From the NCBI GenBank assembly GCA_043228905.1, contig JBHGNT010000006.1, positions 10,230,001-10,294,000 on the forward strand: 64,000 nt of DNA, written 5' to 3'. The position numbers were made by a program, and so were the translations under genes. The notes below the pieces were generated by a model. That model did no database searches and was not told the origin of the DNA. It saw only the letters and a list, made by a program, of their open reading frames with translations. Source of the DNA: Azolla caroliniana (lineage: Eukaryota; Plantae; Polypodiophyta). Below are positions 27,312-40,907 of this stretch, piece by piece (the first letter of the stretch is position 1; the number at the start of each line of letters is the position of its first letter).

Positions 27312-29307
27312 TACGTAGAATATTATTTTCATTTATGTTTTATTATAAAAAATTGATGTATATTCCAGATTTCTCTAGAACATTCTAGAAACTTCAGGAG
27401 TACTCCTGAGAACACTATAAAGGAGGCACAAGGCATTATTTCGAACCAAATCGGTTCAACGCCAGTCTTAAGCCTCCTAGCTACTATTGTATACTCTCTT
27501 CACATAATATATATCTTTTATCATCATTCTCTCACCCTTTCTCTCTCTCTCTCTATCTCTCTCTCTCTCTCGCTCACTCTTTCCTTCTCTCGAGAGTTCT
27601 ACACCTCTCTTAGTACTAATCCTCATCTTTTAGTACTAATTCCTTCTCTATCTTAGTATTGATCCTGACACATGCCATCAAATTTTTTTATCTTAATATC
27701 TCTCATCCTATTAAAAAGTGTTATCTATTGTAAAATGTTGTATTATCTCAAGGTTATTGTCATCTACAAGAAAATATAACCACCACCATGTTTGAATATT
27801 TACGTATTTAAAAAAAAGGATTAAACTATGATTATAATGTAGTTTTCAGCTCGTAAATCTACGCACAACCATTCAACAAGTGGCAAGACTTAAACATGCA
27901 CCTCTAGATTTTGGAAATTTTGGTGTCATTTTGTTAGGCGACATGTGATTCAGAGTGTGGAGACTACATGAAGGTCTAAAACCTTCCTGAAGAAGGTTTC
28001 CAAACAAGATTAGGAGAAGAAGCAATGAGCAACCACCCCCCTCACAATGACTAATGTTGTCACTGTTGTAGCTTGGCATTAACGACCAACACTTGATGTA
28101 GAGCCTATGTTACACACATACACACCTTTTCCCCCTCTCACACTTACCTTTCTCTATATTCATAAACACACACTAGGACATCCCAAATTTCCCCCTTCCC
28201 GACTCATACACTTAACCCACTAGAGCTACCCCAAAGAAGAGAAAAAGGGGGAGGGGGCGTGAATTTTAACAAATTTTTAAACACACAATCTTTTCTAGTT
28301 CCTAGATTACCTCCCCTCCAACACAAAACTTACCCAAATACATATACACATTTAACACATATAGACACACATATATGCACCAAATGACATTCACTTATTA
28401 TATGTACACATTCAAAAAACATAAATGTGATAAAGTGATCATCCCATAAGCAAAATTGAATTGTTATTAAATATCACATTCCTAAAACTATCATCTCATG
28501 AAATTCCTATTTAGTTGCCACTACCTCTGGCCACAAGAAACAATAGCAAGTATAACAAAAAAATTATTCCCCCTTTTGTACAACCCTACAACGAACCTTA
28601 ACCTACATACGTGAGAGTTGCACTATTGCATCCCCCAAACACACAATAAACACATTGTTATCCTTTGAACATGCTATTATATCCTTAAACATCCAATAAA
28701 CACACAAGTGTTTGTATGATAGACCCTCCCATTAACCCTAAATATCCACTAGACACAACATTATCACCCCGAGAGCAAAGATCTCGGGTAAAAGGAGACA
28801 AAGAAAAAGTAGAATCTCCATGGAGCTGTTGAGATCTCGGAATAGTTTGCTTATATTTATATTTGTGCGATATTAACAATGATTAACCCGTAAATTTACA
28901 TAGAGATTAAGAGACGTGTTTTGTTTAAAAGAAAAAAAAAGATTGATACAAAATGTAAGCGGAACTATAGGATTCTATTATTTTTGGGAATTCTTACGCA
29001 AGGTAAATTGAGGATAATTTACATTTCCAATTACAATTGCCCATTTCAACAAATGAAACCTAAGAATAAGCCAACTCTAAGCCCTATGCACACAAATATT
29101 AGTATAATCTTTTGGAGTATGAGTAAACGACCACATATGCTCAAAAACGATTACATTTTCTTTTCTTTTCTGAAGATTTGTGTCTTGATTTGGTAAACAA
29201 AATAGACTAAAGATAGGATGACAAGTAGTCGTAAAATAAGATGACAATATGTGACTATTACAAGTGTGAGTAAAATGGGAGACTCTAGGTGTACCATAAG
29301 AAATGCG

Positions 29308-31799
29308 TCATGCATGTTTTTTAACAATGATGACCGGGCATTTTGCCTTGTGTGCACAATAGTCACTAACACTGCCAAGAAAAGCTCTGCAAAAGATATT
29401 AATGGAGATTAAGAATTTAAATCTATTTAAAATTGATGTAATAACATCATGATAAAAGTCTAATTTGAGAAAAACACATGTGACACCTTTTGATTGCGCC
29501 ATAGCCATGGCTGCCCACAATCAAAAACGTAGGATTGAGTTGATCTACTGCATCACATATAGCATCCCTTGGGTCTCCAATGGCCACCATTGTCTCTGAT
29601 ATCACCTGAGGATTACGAGAACAAAATAAAGTAGAAATTAATCCAATGGTGTGTCTCAATATATGTATGAGATTTGGCAATTCCAATAGGTGACTATTAA
29701 CAACTTTACCAACCTTTAATTCAAAGGCAAGTTGTGTGGTGTGTATGTCATTACCTATTAATGTAGCAATACTCAAATATGGGAAAATGGGGTACCATTT
29801 ACTTTGAGATACCACAACGATTAATTTTTACACATGTACAAGGATCTATAGGGTAAAGCTATGGTCTTTGTACTATCTCCCCCTATACATGTGTGAATGT
29901 TAAGAATAAAGCTAGGCCATGGGGTATGCCTACTGGAGGAGTTAGATTCATATAGAAGGATTTTTGTCAAAGTGTTTGAGGGAAATATCTCAATCACAAG
30001 AGGAGATTCCCAACAAATGTTTTGTTAAACACAAACCAATGTGCTATTAGCAAAGACGCAATGTTTCACTATTCATTCCCATAGGTTTTTAGTGTGTGAA
30101 CAATAACATTTCTTGGAGGGCGAATAAATGTGACCACTAGGATAGCCAAGTAATATCATCTTGTTATATCATTGTACCCATGTATACTTAGGGCCAACTT
30201 CATAACCTCTTTACTAAAGAGCAAGGAGTTCCCCATGGGTGACCACTAACCTTATATATAAGTGGAGAAATGGAGGAGTAGTGTCATGTAGTAGGATCTT
30301 GACAAAGTCATTATACTAGAGTTGTGAGGCATCTAATCCATGTTACATATGCTTTATGTTTTGATGGTTATGTGGCAAATGTAAAACTACACTATTACAA
30401 TCTCACATGAGTTGGATGGAGATTGCCTCAAAATATCTACGTAGTATATACTTGCCTGTTTCTCATCACACAATGTTTTAGTACGAAGGAGGACTCGTTT
30501 AGAGGTATCATCTTGATGCTTGCGAACAGATTCAAGGAGCTCAGGGGTGATGTAGAAACCTGCACCACGAGAGGTTATCAAAGAAGCAAATAAGGAAATG
30601 GAAGAATAAATTATAAAATAAATGTCCCACCATTGTGTAATATTTCATGATGGTAGAAAGTTAATGTATGTATCCAGTAAATATATTTGTGGTGTGCATG
30701 TGTTATGTGCATTTCACAATATGTTAGAAAATAAATAAATAAATCTTTATAAATATATAAAAATAAATAGGATATAAAAGACAAAGAAATATATTAGAAT
30801 AGGAAGATAAATAAGAGACCTTTTGTTAGTTAATGTTCTTAACATATAGAGTGTTCAAAAGTTGGGATGTTAAGTTTCTCAACAATTTCTTTTATATATC
30901 CCTAAATTGTTCGATATTACAAAATTTAACAGGTAAGCCTATCCATGGACCATATCTTGCACCTAGCTAGGAATACAAAGCCTTTGTTTATAAGAGAACA
31001 TGGTGTATTCTTTGAGACACATAACAACCTCATACGACTCCCACCACATCTTACGTAGGTGCTAGATATTCATTTCAGATTAACATCAATTTTAGTACCA
31101 ACCAATCCACAATGTAGACTTCCATGAGGCTTAACACTAAAAACTTTAATGATAGGTCATAATCGTTATATAGCGATATAGACTCAATAGTCTCTCGAAG
31201 GGAGAAACACAAGGAGTCCTCCCCTCCTTCCAAAATCAATCCTCATCCACTTGCCTTTGTTATCTCAAGGACCCGTGGTGAACCCTAAAACTTTGTGGAA
31301 CGTTTCCATTAATTCCCCGAATAATACCCTTGGCCATCCGTCTCTTAGGCAAAGTATGTGCATATGGTCTTCGAAAGGGTACGTGTGTATGTGGGTAGAA
31401 GAGGGGCATTTTTTAGGAGATTTTGGGGAAACTTGGAAGGGGCATTTCTCTTGACCGTATTATTATTATTAAATAACAATAATACAGTTTACTCTGTAGA
31501 AGAACTCTAAAGGGGGGGGGGGGGGGGCTGAAGTGCAGAAATTCATGTACGTATTGACAGAGATGGACAGACAGAAAGACAGATAGATCGGTGGTGGTCA
31601 TGGTGGTACCGGGGCTCGCAGGAGCAACAAGGACTTGAGGATGGCTCTGAACATGAAGCAGAACAATGCGATCCGACGAGGATTCTGAGGATGAGGATGG
31701 AAAGATTATGTTTTGCAGTGTCCAAATGAGAGCATATATCGACTCCTCACTCTCGTCCACCGCGATCAAGATCTTGCGGCCATGCTCAAGCTCCGCCAT
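29308..31799 (-). CDS. Universal stress protein A-like (USP) protein, ~163 aa; exons 31799-31610, 30559-30456, 29605-29487, 29386-29308
   Basis: [72 protein letters not shown] (USP ATP-binding G-2x-G-9x-G-S motif). Exons join in frame; intron 2 uses a GC donor. Confidence 0.92.
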
Positions 31800-31814
31800 G
31801 TCTATGCACTACAC

Positions 31815-31816
<2 letters not shown>

Positions 31817-31844
<28 letters not shown>
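31817..31844. repeat. (AG)n microsatellite in the USP 5' UTR
   Basis: Dinucleotide tract directly visible just upstream of the ATG. Confidence 0.85.
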
Positions 31845-31848
<4 letters not shown>

Positions 31849-32949
31849 GAAGCGGGGAAGCTTTTGGGTGAGATACAGGAGTTAAGTTGTCTGTTGTTGA
31901 TTGAGAGTAATGGCATGCGACGTGCGAGTGATTGTATATATGTGTATAGGGAGGGGAGGGGGGGGGGTTTGGATCAACACGAGAGGCGTCTGTTTCTGTT
32001 TCTGTTTCTGCGTGGCTTTCTCGCTCGCCCACTGTTTTTTGTTTTCTTTTTGTTCTTGAATCGCAGGAATGGCTGCGTTGGGGAGGGTGAGTGTGAGTGT
32101 GTATAGGTAGGCCGTTATCTCGTATATCTGTCATTTTATTTATTTATTATTTTTTGCTTTTGGTTTGCTGTTATTTCTATCTTTTTAACCCCCCTCCCTC
32201 CATCAGATTTTCTTTGTTTCCTTTTTTTTCTCCCCCAGGAGTGTTACACTGCTTCATTGCATTATGCCCGCGGTAATGTTACGTTACCGCACACACGCAC
32301 ACACATACTGTCTCCACCCACCCCCACCATCTGGGTGACATCTATGATACGCTTGTTTTGCACTCAGCATTTGTGGGGATATACGTGATTGATTGATTTG
32401 TTATGTCCATCAAACACTGTGAGTGATATATAGTTGCATTTTGCGTCCACAAAAATATCGATTGTGATAGTGTCCATGCGGTTCCTGTCCATCAAATGTT
32501 GTGTCCATGATAGTTGCATTGTTTGTTTGTTTACGCTCAGAAACTAAGTACACACATGCACACACACTAGGTTGCAACCACAAGCATTCTAGTATACAGT
32601 AGACATTCGGTTAATTGTGTGCCCACTTTAGTGTGCCATTCTATTAAGTGCGCTTTTTTTAGAGGTCAAAATCCAAATCAAAGAAATTACATTGTTTCAT
32701 AATGAAATTACATCAAACCAATTTGAAATTTGTTCTAAACATTTAGAAAACAACAAAATGATCAACAAAAATCTGATTCGCAAGTCTTTCTGTATTTCAT
32801 ACCAAAATCATGTAAGGTCATTTGCTTATTTTTAGCTATACATTTAGAAACAATGGTAGAATTTGCTTCTTGAATAATTCGATGAACACCCAATAAAAGC
32901 TGATTTTGCTTGCTTTGCTTTAATTCAGAACTCAAATAAGTTGTTGTCA

Positions 32950-34498
32950 TGATTGAATTGAGCATGAGTTCACTACCAATCAAGTGTAGATGTACAAAAA
33001 CCTTTCGAAGGTTTAAACTCTTTTTGGTTACATCCAGAACTTGAAGAGTAAAATGAAAATTAATCCACATGCAACTATTGTGCCCTTTCTAGTTATGGTC
33101 GACCCTGATCAATGTCCAACATTTGCGGATTTCAAATATAGTTCAGCGGACGATTACACCTATTATGTCATTGGAGGTTCTCATTCAGCTGAAGCCAAGA
33201 GACAACTTGTGAAGGAGTATCCACTCACCTCATTCTTCTACTATGTTGAATGCAAAGTTTACGTCGGACTTACACATGAAGAGGCCAAGTTGTTGGCTTG
33301 GGACCATAACAATGACAACGATTATCGACTGAAGATGTCATGTATTGAAAGGATTAGATTCTTTCGTTATGAATATCTTGATATGTTGAAAGGACATGGT
33401 TCCAAACTCCATCATGGTTTGCGTCGACAATGTTTGCGTGAAGTTGGGATAATTGTCGAAGAAAGCACGAAATCGGAAGGCTTAAGAAAGTACAATTCAT
33501 GGTTTCAACTGGCATTTCGAACAGGTGAGGTCTAGGATTTACAGGACAAAATCTTTACAATGTGGGAGCATAAAGAAATAAAAGGTCAACCGGCGAAAAA
33601 GGCCAAATTAGACCCTCAAGTAGAGATAAAGGCAAAGTCACAGAAGAGTGACTTGATTATTGAAGGGTTGCTTGAAGATATGATTCAAGCTCTTGCCATG
33701 GCGGTCGCTACAAGGAATCAAGGATGACAAATTGTTAATATTTGTGTTGTCTCGAGTGGCCACATTTTAAGAGTTTTTGTTAGATGATATGGTTACAGAA
33801 TTCCAAAAGTAAGTATTTTTTAGAAATCATCTTGGTTTGACTAATTCTACATTTCATCACCGACGACATATTCTATTTCTTCTTTAGCCACAATGTTTAT
33901 ATGAAAATTCAAGAGTTGATGATGAAGAAGTTATGTTTGCCGACATGGGAAGAAGTTGAAAAGGAATTCCCCATACGTACAATGTTTTGGAAGAATTCTT
34001 TATTGTATTTATAGAATGGGTAAGTTAGATATGTTGTATTGGTATTGTGTTGTTTTAAGTGCTTTTGTTGTAATATCCTAACAAAGTTGATAATTGCAGA
34101 AACCACCTCGTTTGAAGAAAATAGGTGATCCAAGTTCGTTTATCACGCACTTGGAAAGAGCTAAATACGAGAAGAGGAGGACGAAATGGAAGGAGCTAGA
34201 TGTGCATGAGGATTTAGAGACAGTTAAAAGTTTTTTGCATGGGGCCAACCCTTTCCAACAATTGCACTATCGTGTGTTCAAGGAAGATTCAATGGCTAAT
34301 ATGCTTCGCATATTACCGAAAATGCACTACACATTGTTAATTATAGACATTCCATACGAATTCCGCATCATGGGATCTATGTATGATGATGTGCCTTTCA
34401 AATATCCTCAAATAGAAAAAATGGTGAAAGACTTTGCAGGGTTGACCCTTGCACCGTTGTGGCGAATTGTGATTTTTCACAACATGGGTCAATCTTTA
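32950..34498 (+). pseudogene. Decayed spliced gene: putative ParB/Srx-like domain plus beta-class N4/N6 DNA methyltransferase N-terminal half, truncated by element B
   Basis: YYVIGGSHSAEAKRQL resembles the ParB/Srx vi.G.H..A core. YRVFKEDSMANMLRILPKMHYTLLIIDIPYEF..DD resembles the amino-MTase motif III-IV region (DPPY-like). Probable GT-AG introns at ~33809-33886 and ~34020-34099. In-frame TAG at 33533 and frameshifts. Domain calls are by eye only. Confidence 0.55.
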
Positions 34499-37400
34499 TG
34501 TTACCCGGCCGACAAAGGAGCAGAGACCAGAATGTGAAAGGGATGGTTATTCGGAATATATTTTAATTAAGTAAAGTAGATTATAATTATGTAGTGAACG
34601 GACGGACATGAATCGGTATGCCGATCCGGATCCGGACCGCTTCCGAACAGGTGCCGGTTGGCACCATTTTGTACGAAGCACCGGTGACCTATATAAAGGC
34701 CCGGTTACAATGTAGAACTTTGACGGAGAATTAATATAAGCTTCTTGTTTTATTTTCACGTATTGATTACCGGTTTGCATTAATTGTTATATCTTATGCG
34801 TGTATTAAGTGAATGCCTTATTGCTAAGTAGCCCATTAAGTCGGATTAATCGTTGTGTCTTAAGTTATCTCGTTGTAACACCCCTTTGGTGAAGTGTCTT
34901 CCGGAGACACCCTGTGTTAGGCCATTGTCCGGCCCTAAGGATTAACACAATTTTTGGCAACCACGATTCCTGCACAATCGCAACGAACATCGGCGAGAAT
35001 GGATGATGTGACCAACGAACGACCCGGTTACGGAGCGAGCAAGGAGACTTGCTGAACGACTGAGGAAGCGAGAGGCTTTCCAGCAAGCGACAGAAGAAAT
35101 CAGAGCGGATCGCTCATTTTCCAAGGTGATCCGGAGAGTGGCCAAGGAGTCACTTCGGTTACCACAAAATGCCTACCCGGACGAAGGAAGCAGCCTAAGC
35201 AACCTCTAGGAAGCGGAATCCCTTCTCCAGGCATTGGCAATGGGGGAAGGCAAATCCGAAGCATTTTCGGCATTTGAATCGGGTTCGGACGGGGAATACA
35301 ACGCGCAGACGAACTACCGCAGTAGTAATGACACCCTAGGCGGACCAGAAGACGAGGAGTCAAATACCTTGCCGACACTGGAACTAGAATTGACAAGGCT
35401 GGAAACTCCGATACTGGAAGTTGACCACACTCCGCAACCAGAAGTTGAGGACGAGAGACCTCTGACACCGGAAGTCGAGGAGGAGAAGCCTCTGACACCG
35501 AAAGAGGAGCAGGAAAGACCTCTGACGGCGACAGGAGACCGGGAAAAACCTTCGACATCAAAAGAGGAGGAACGACCACCGACATCACCAGTCCGTGTAC
35601 TGACACCAGACAACGATATGTCGTTCCAATATCCCAGATACCGGGATGATCCGGACGCGGAAGCCCACGTCCATGCGTTTCAGCAGACCTGGGAGGCGAA
35701 CCATGTGTCCCAACGCCTAAATGCAGCCGAAGAGGAACGCTCAAAAAGAGTAGAGTTCGGTATGACCTTGGAGGGACCGGCCGCCAGATGGCACCGAACA
35801 CAAGATCCCAGCACCATCCCCATGTTTGAAACATTAAAGACAAAATTTTTACATTTCTTTCACAAGGAGATGGACAACAGGAAATGGTAGGCTTATTTTA
35901 CAGTATCCGGTAGGAACCAACAGAGAACATTCAACAGTTTGTCATCCGGTTCCAGCGGATCCACAGTCAGCTCAGTCGGACACCACCGGAGGAAGAAACA
36001 AAGGCCATACTCTTAGCAGCCCTTCGGGAACCCTTACGTACGGTGTGCACCGTTATTGATTTCCGCACCAGCAGCATAGATCAAGTGATCGACCGAGTTC
36101 GGGAAATGGAAACCTCAAGTTCATGGCTAACCATGGGCGCACTTCTGCGTGCACTACCAACGGAAGAGGACCTCCGTTTCCGGCAAGCAGTTCAATGTAC
36201 GACATGCCTGAATGTCGGGCATTCGGCGCTGGAATGCACCATGCGTTCCCAATGATTGCTCTGCCACTCTAGAAGTCACACAATGGAACGGTGTGAGTAT
36301 AACTTGTTAAATCGGCAAGCACCACCGGTCCGGCAAATTGAACCACGGAGCAACTAGGAGGAAGAAGAAGACCGTTGGCGGCGAGAGGAGCGCTACCAAC
36401 CGGCACACGATGTCTGGTACAACGATAGAAGAGACGCTTATGACCAATATGACAGACAGGATAGATACCGGGACTATAATGGACGGTACGGGAGATACAA
36501 CCGGGATCACTCCCCTGGTTACAACCACTGAAGGGACGACTATGGCAAGTATGACGACCAACACCGTCAAGGTTACCGAAACAAAAATAATTTCAAGAAA
36601 CGTCATTTCAACAAAAAGGGGGGTCATCCACGGGAACCGGAAAAGGGCGCTCCAAGCAGCCAACCGGACCAAACCCAAGCACTTACCACAGGACCTCCAC
36701 CAAGCACACACGCTGAATCCAGCAACACCTGGAAGTCGTACTGCTATTATTGCCGACAAGAAGGCCACTATAGTAATCAATGTCCAGAGAAGAGCTACAA
36801 CAAGCGACCATCGGTGAACATGGTAGACGCGGAAGTCGCGGACATACAACAAGTCACTACAAGATCAAAAGGCAAAGCCACGGAGTGGGAAACTCAAGAA
36901 GCCATCCAGAAGCAGGCAACCGAATGGGTGAAAAAGGCAAATGAGTGGAATATGGCAGAGCTCGAACAACAAAAGGAGAATGCCGAAGAGCTCACCAGCC
37001 CGGGGCAGCCCGAAAACCCAACATGGCAGGCGTTACAACAATGCCAAATAACGCTGCCGTCAGGCCGGCTATTGCAACTGGTACCACGCTTCACAGAAGG
37101 ACTGAAGACAGGAAGGACGACAGCTGACACACCACCGGCTCCGGCATTCTTTTCAAATCCGGAGGAAGGATCGACAGCGGTGGACACGAGCAGTCCGGCA
37201 ATCACGGCCATCGTGAAGGGAAATGAGCTACCAAGCACGATTATCGATGGAGGATCTGTGGTGAACGTGATCAGCCTCCGAACGTGTAACACTCTAGGAA
37301 TCCATGATTGGGAACCGTGCCCGTTTTGGCTTCGGATGGCGGACACAAACTCAGTACGGCCAACCGAATTAATACGTGATCTGGAAGTGACCATCGGGGG

Positions 37401-40400
37401 TCACACATTTCGCATTTCCGCAGTAGTTCTCCAGCTATAGGCTCATGGAGCTTACCCACTATTGTTGGGATGCCCTTGGTTAAAAACAACACACATAAAG
37501 CAAAACTGGAGGAAGAATATAATTACGTTCCGGCGTGGAAAAGCGAAAGTACAAGTACCGACTCAACCACGATCCGATACCGGCAAGGAATCAACACCGC
37601 TATATGCGGAATGTGTCAACATGCTGGAAGGATTGGCGGACGAAGAGGTCGATCAATACTTACAGGAAAATCCGAAGATCGTACCTCTGTTCGAGATTGA
37701 TGTAGCCGAAGCAGTATCACCGTACGTACTGCAACCGAACGGGACCGACGAGGAACCGGATAAAGAAGCAATTCGGGAATTACAGCAAGCGCAGGAGGCA
37801 CTGGAAAGAGAAATGGCAGTGTCGCATCGCGTGAAAGCATCCCAACTAGAAGAGGTAAACCTAGGTACCACAGAGGACACAAGACCGGTGCACATCGCCA
37901 AGGAAATGACCTCGGAGAACAAAACGGCAATGATCACACTCCTAAAAGAATTTCGCGATGTGTTCGCCTGGTCCTACGAGGACATGTCGGGACTCGATCC
38001 TCAATTGTATCAACACCAGATACATCTGAGTAAAGACGCCAAACCGGTAGCGCAACGGCGTTACCGAATGAACCTGAATTACGCAACAAAAGTCAAAGAA
38101 GAAATCGACAAGTTGCTAAGAGTGGGCTTCATCCGACCGGTAAAGAAAGCCACATGGCTCAACCCGATAGTGGTAGTACCCAAAAAGAACAGTAAAATCA
38201 GAGTGTGCGTCGACTACCGGAAATTGAATGCAGCTATGGTAACAGACGCCTTCCCACTTCCATTCACGGATGGAGTCCTAGATGCGGTCGCCGGTCAGAA
38301 GGTGTGTAGTGTTTTGGACGGTTTCAACGGCTAATAATCAGATCCGGATGCACCCCGCCGACTAGGAGAAAATCGCTTTTGTCACTGAATGGGGAGTCTT
38401 TGTTGCCGTAATGATGATGTTCGGACTGAAAACGGCGTCGACAACCTTCCAGCAGATAATCATGGAGATTTTCGGAGAATTCATTCCCGCATTCATGCAG
38501 GTGTTCTTGGACGACTTCGCTGTTTATAGCCAAGACGGAGATCACCTTCAGCACCTCCGACTATGTCTGGAGAAATGTAGGGTTTACCGACTAAGCCTGA
38601 ACCCGGCAAAATGTGTGTTCGGAGTAACCAACAGAGCGTTACTGGGCCACATAGTGAGCAAGGACGGTATCGCAGTGGATCCAGACAAAGTAAAAGCAAT
38701 CCTGGAGGCACCGACACCAACCACGACAATGGCACCAAGCCGGTTCTTAGGACAAATTCAGTGGCATAGCCGAATGCTCTGGTATCTGGTAGACCTGGCT
38801 ACACCATTGCATGCCGCGGTACATCGGACACCGTTCCGATGGATGGACATAGAAGACCGGGCTTACCGGGCACTAAAAGTACTGTTGTCACAAGCGCCGA
38901 TGGTGCAACCTCCGGATTGGTCCAAAGAGTTCCATGTGTTTGTTGACGCGTTCGACATCGCAATCGGAAGCGCGCTGATGCAACTTTTAGAACCGAAATG
39001 GTACCGACCAGTCTATTATGCCAGCCGGAAGATGTCCCAAGCGGAACGTAATTATTCCACGATGGAAAGGCAGGCTTTGGGTATGATCTACAGTGTCACC
39101 AAGTTTAGACACTATTTGTTGGGAAGGAAATTTTCCTTTCACGTAGATCATTCGGCGCTCCTCTACTTGGTGTCCAAAGCATCACTCACCGGTAAGTTGG
39201 CCCGGTGGACGTTACTATTACAAGAATTCGAGTTCGAGATATTCCACCGACCTGACATACAACATGCGGTAGCAGACTATTTAAGCCAGTTGGATTCCGG
39301 CGAAACCGGTGACGGAATCCCAGACGACTTTCCGGATGCAGAGCTGTTTAGAGTCACAACAGAAACGACATTGGATAGTACGGTCGCAGAGGAAGACAAG
39401 TGGCTCACCAACATGCACCAATTCCTGAGCACCGGCTTACCTCCGGAGGAGATGAACAAAGACGAAAGGAAACGCTTAGCAGTTCAAAGCCGACACTTTC
39501 GCCTATTACGGGACACACTGTACCACAAAGGCGGAGATGGCATATGGCGGCGTGCAGTGCGCAATGACGAAAAGGAAATGATATTGCACAAAGCACACTA
39601 CAACGTGGCTGGAGGACATTATGCCGGAGACGCTACGGCAAGGAAAATATGGCAGAGTGGACTATGGTGGCCGACAACATTGAAGGATACAGTCCGGTAC
39701 GCTAAAGAATGCGACCTATGTCAACGAATGGGCCAACCAACCGAACAAGCCAGAATGCCTCATCAACCCGTGCTACCATTAGAACCATTTTAGAAATGGG
39801 GGCTAGATTTTGTCGGTCCATTCAAACCACCGGCAATGAGAACCTACAACCGATACGTTGTCGTGAAGATTTTCGTCCATAGGCGGAAAACCGAGCGAAG
39901 TAAGCAAACCCGCGATGTGCAACGTTGCACGTCAAGATGTTGTATTTCTATTTGTTGATAGTGATAAGTGTGGTGCTAGAAATGCACCTTAGGATTTGTA
40001 AAGTGTAAAGGTGATGTGCTTTTGCGCGCACATCCACGTGAGAGAGAGAGATAGGTACATAGTAGTTCGTGTAGAGGTGGGAGTTAAGACCCATCCTTCC
40101 CACCTCCCCTAAAATCAAGGGAAATATCCCCATTGATTGAAAAGGGATATTTTGTAGCACCTTTATGTAACGGTCTTCCCTCCGTGTGCTATAAAGGGAG
40201 AGGAAGAGCACCATCGTGGGGGTTGCCTATTTTTTTTTGAGTGCGGAAGGTATACCACATAGGACAAGCGTTAGGTTTAGGGTTTCTTTTCTTCTTCGTC
40301 GGATTAGGGTTTCGGGTTTATCATAGTCGTTTGGTGCGGCCTACGCGGCCGCCATTTTGTAATCGGTTTTCGGTTCTAATATATCTTGTTGAGCATTTGG

Positions 40401-40907
40401 CCTCCATCTTCCTCTTGTTCATTCTTTCTCTTCTTGTGCTAAGCTCCATTCCGAAGTCCTATTCCTTCTCCCCTTTTCCTTAGTCCAAGACCCCCGTGGT
40501 TCCGCCCTTCTCCACGCACGCGCGTAACAACGCGACATCTTTGATGAACCCGACGTGAAGGGCGGCAAGGGAGAAAGAGATGGAAGAAGGCTTCGACTTC
40601 GAGGAGATGATGACAAAGATCTTGATGGACGCCGGACGGAAGAGGGCGAGGCGAGAGGCGGCTCAACAAGCGGTCGAAAGGGTGGTCCGTCTAGTCGGCC
40701 GGTTCGATGGGAAGGAGGTCCCAAAAATTTTGAGAGCGTACGATGCGGAAATGACGGGGATGGGCGTGGACGAAGCGACGAGGCTAGAGTTCTTTCGTCG
40801 AGCGGCGGCTGCATCAAAGTACGAGGAGGTCAAGGAGCTCCAAGAAGCTCACGAATCGTGGGAGTCCTTTGAAGGGGCTCTAATGGAGGCATACGACCGA
40901 CTACGCC

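Larger units (their letters stand above)
22073..27670 (+). mobile_element. Full-length but mutated Tcn1-like chromovirus (Ty3/gypsy); LTRs 22073-22540 and 27242-27670
   Basis: TGTCA..TGACA LTRs, near-TSD CATGT/CATGC and PPT AAAGGGGGGATAG. PEG10/sushi-like Gag (EPKIGLPVKFDGTRSQFRGF), protease LLDSGA, RT (YLDD), RNase H, integrase and a group I chromodomain (YEVAAILDSK..YLVDWLGY..TWEP). Several stops and frameshifts. The (CT)n tract is much longer in the 5' LTR. Confidence 0.92.

Noticed and set aside
40075-40100. GGGAGTTAAGACCC hairpin in the element C LTR as a B-box
   Set aside because: Mismatch in the core TTC and no A-box at the expected distance.
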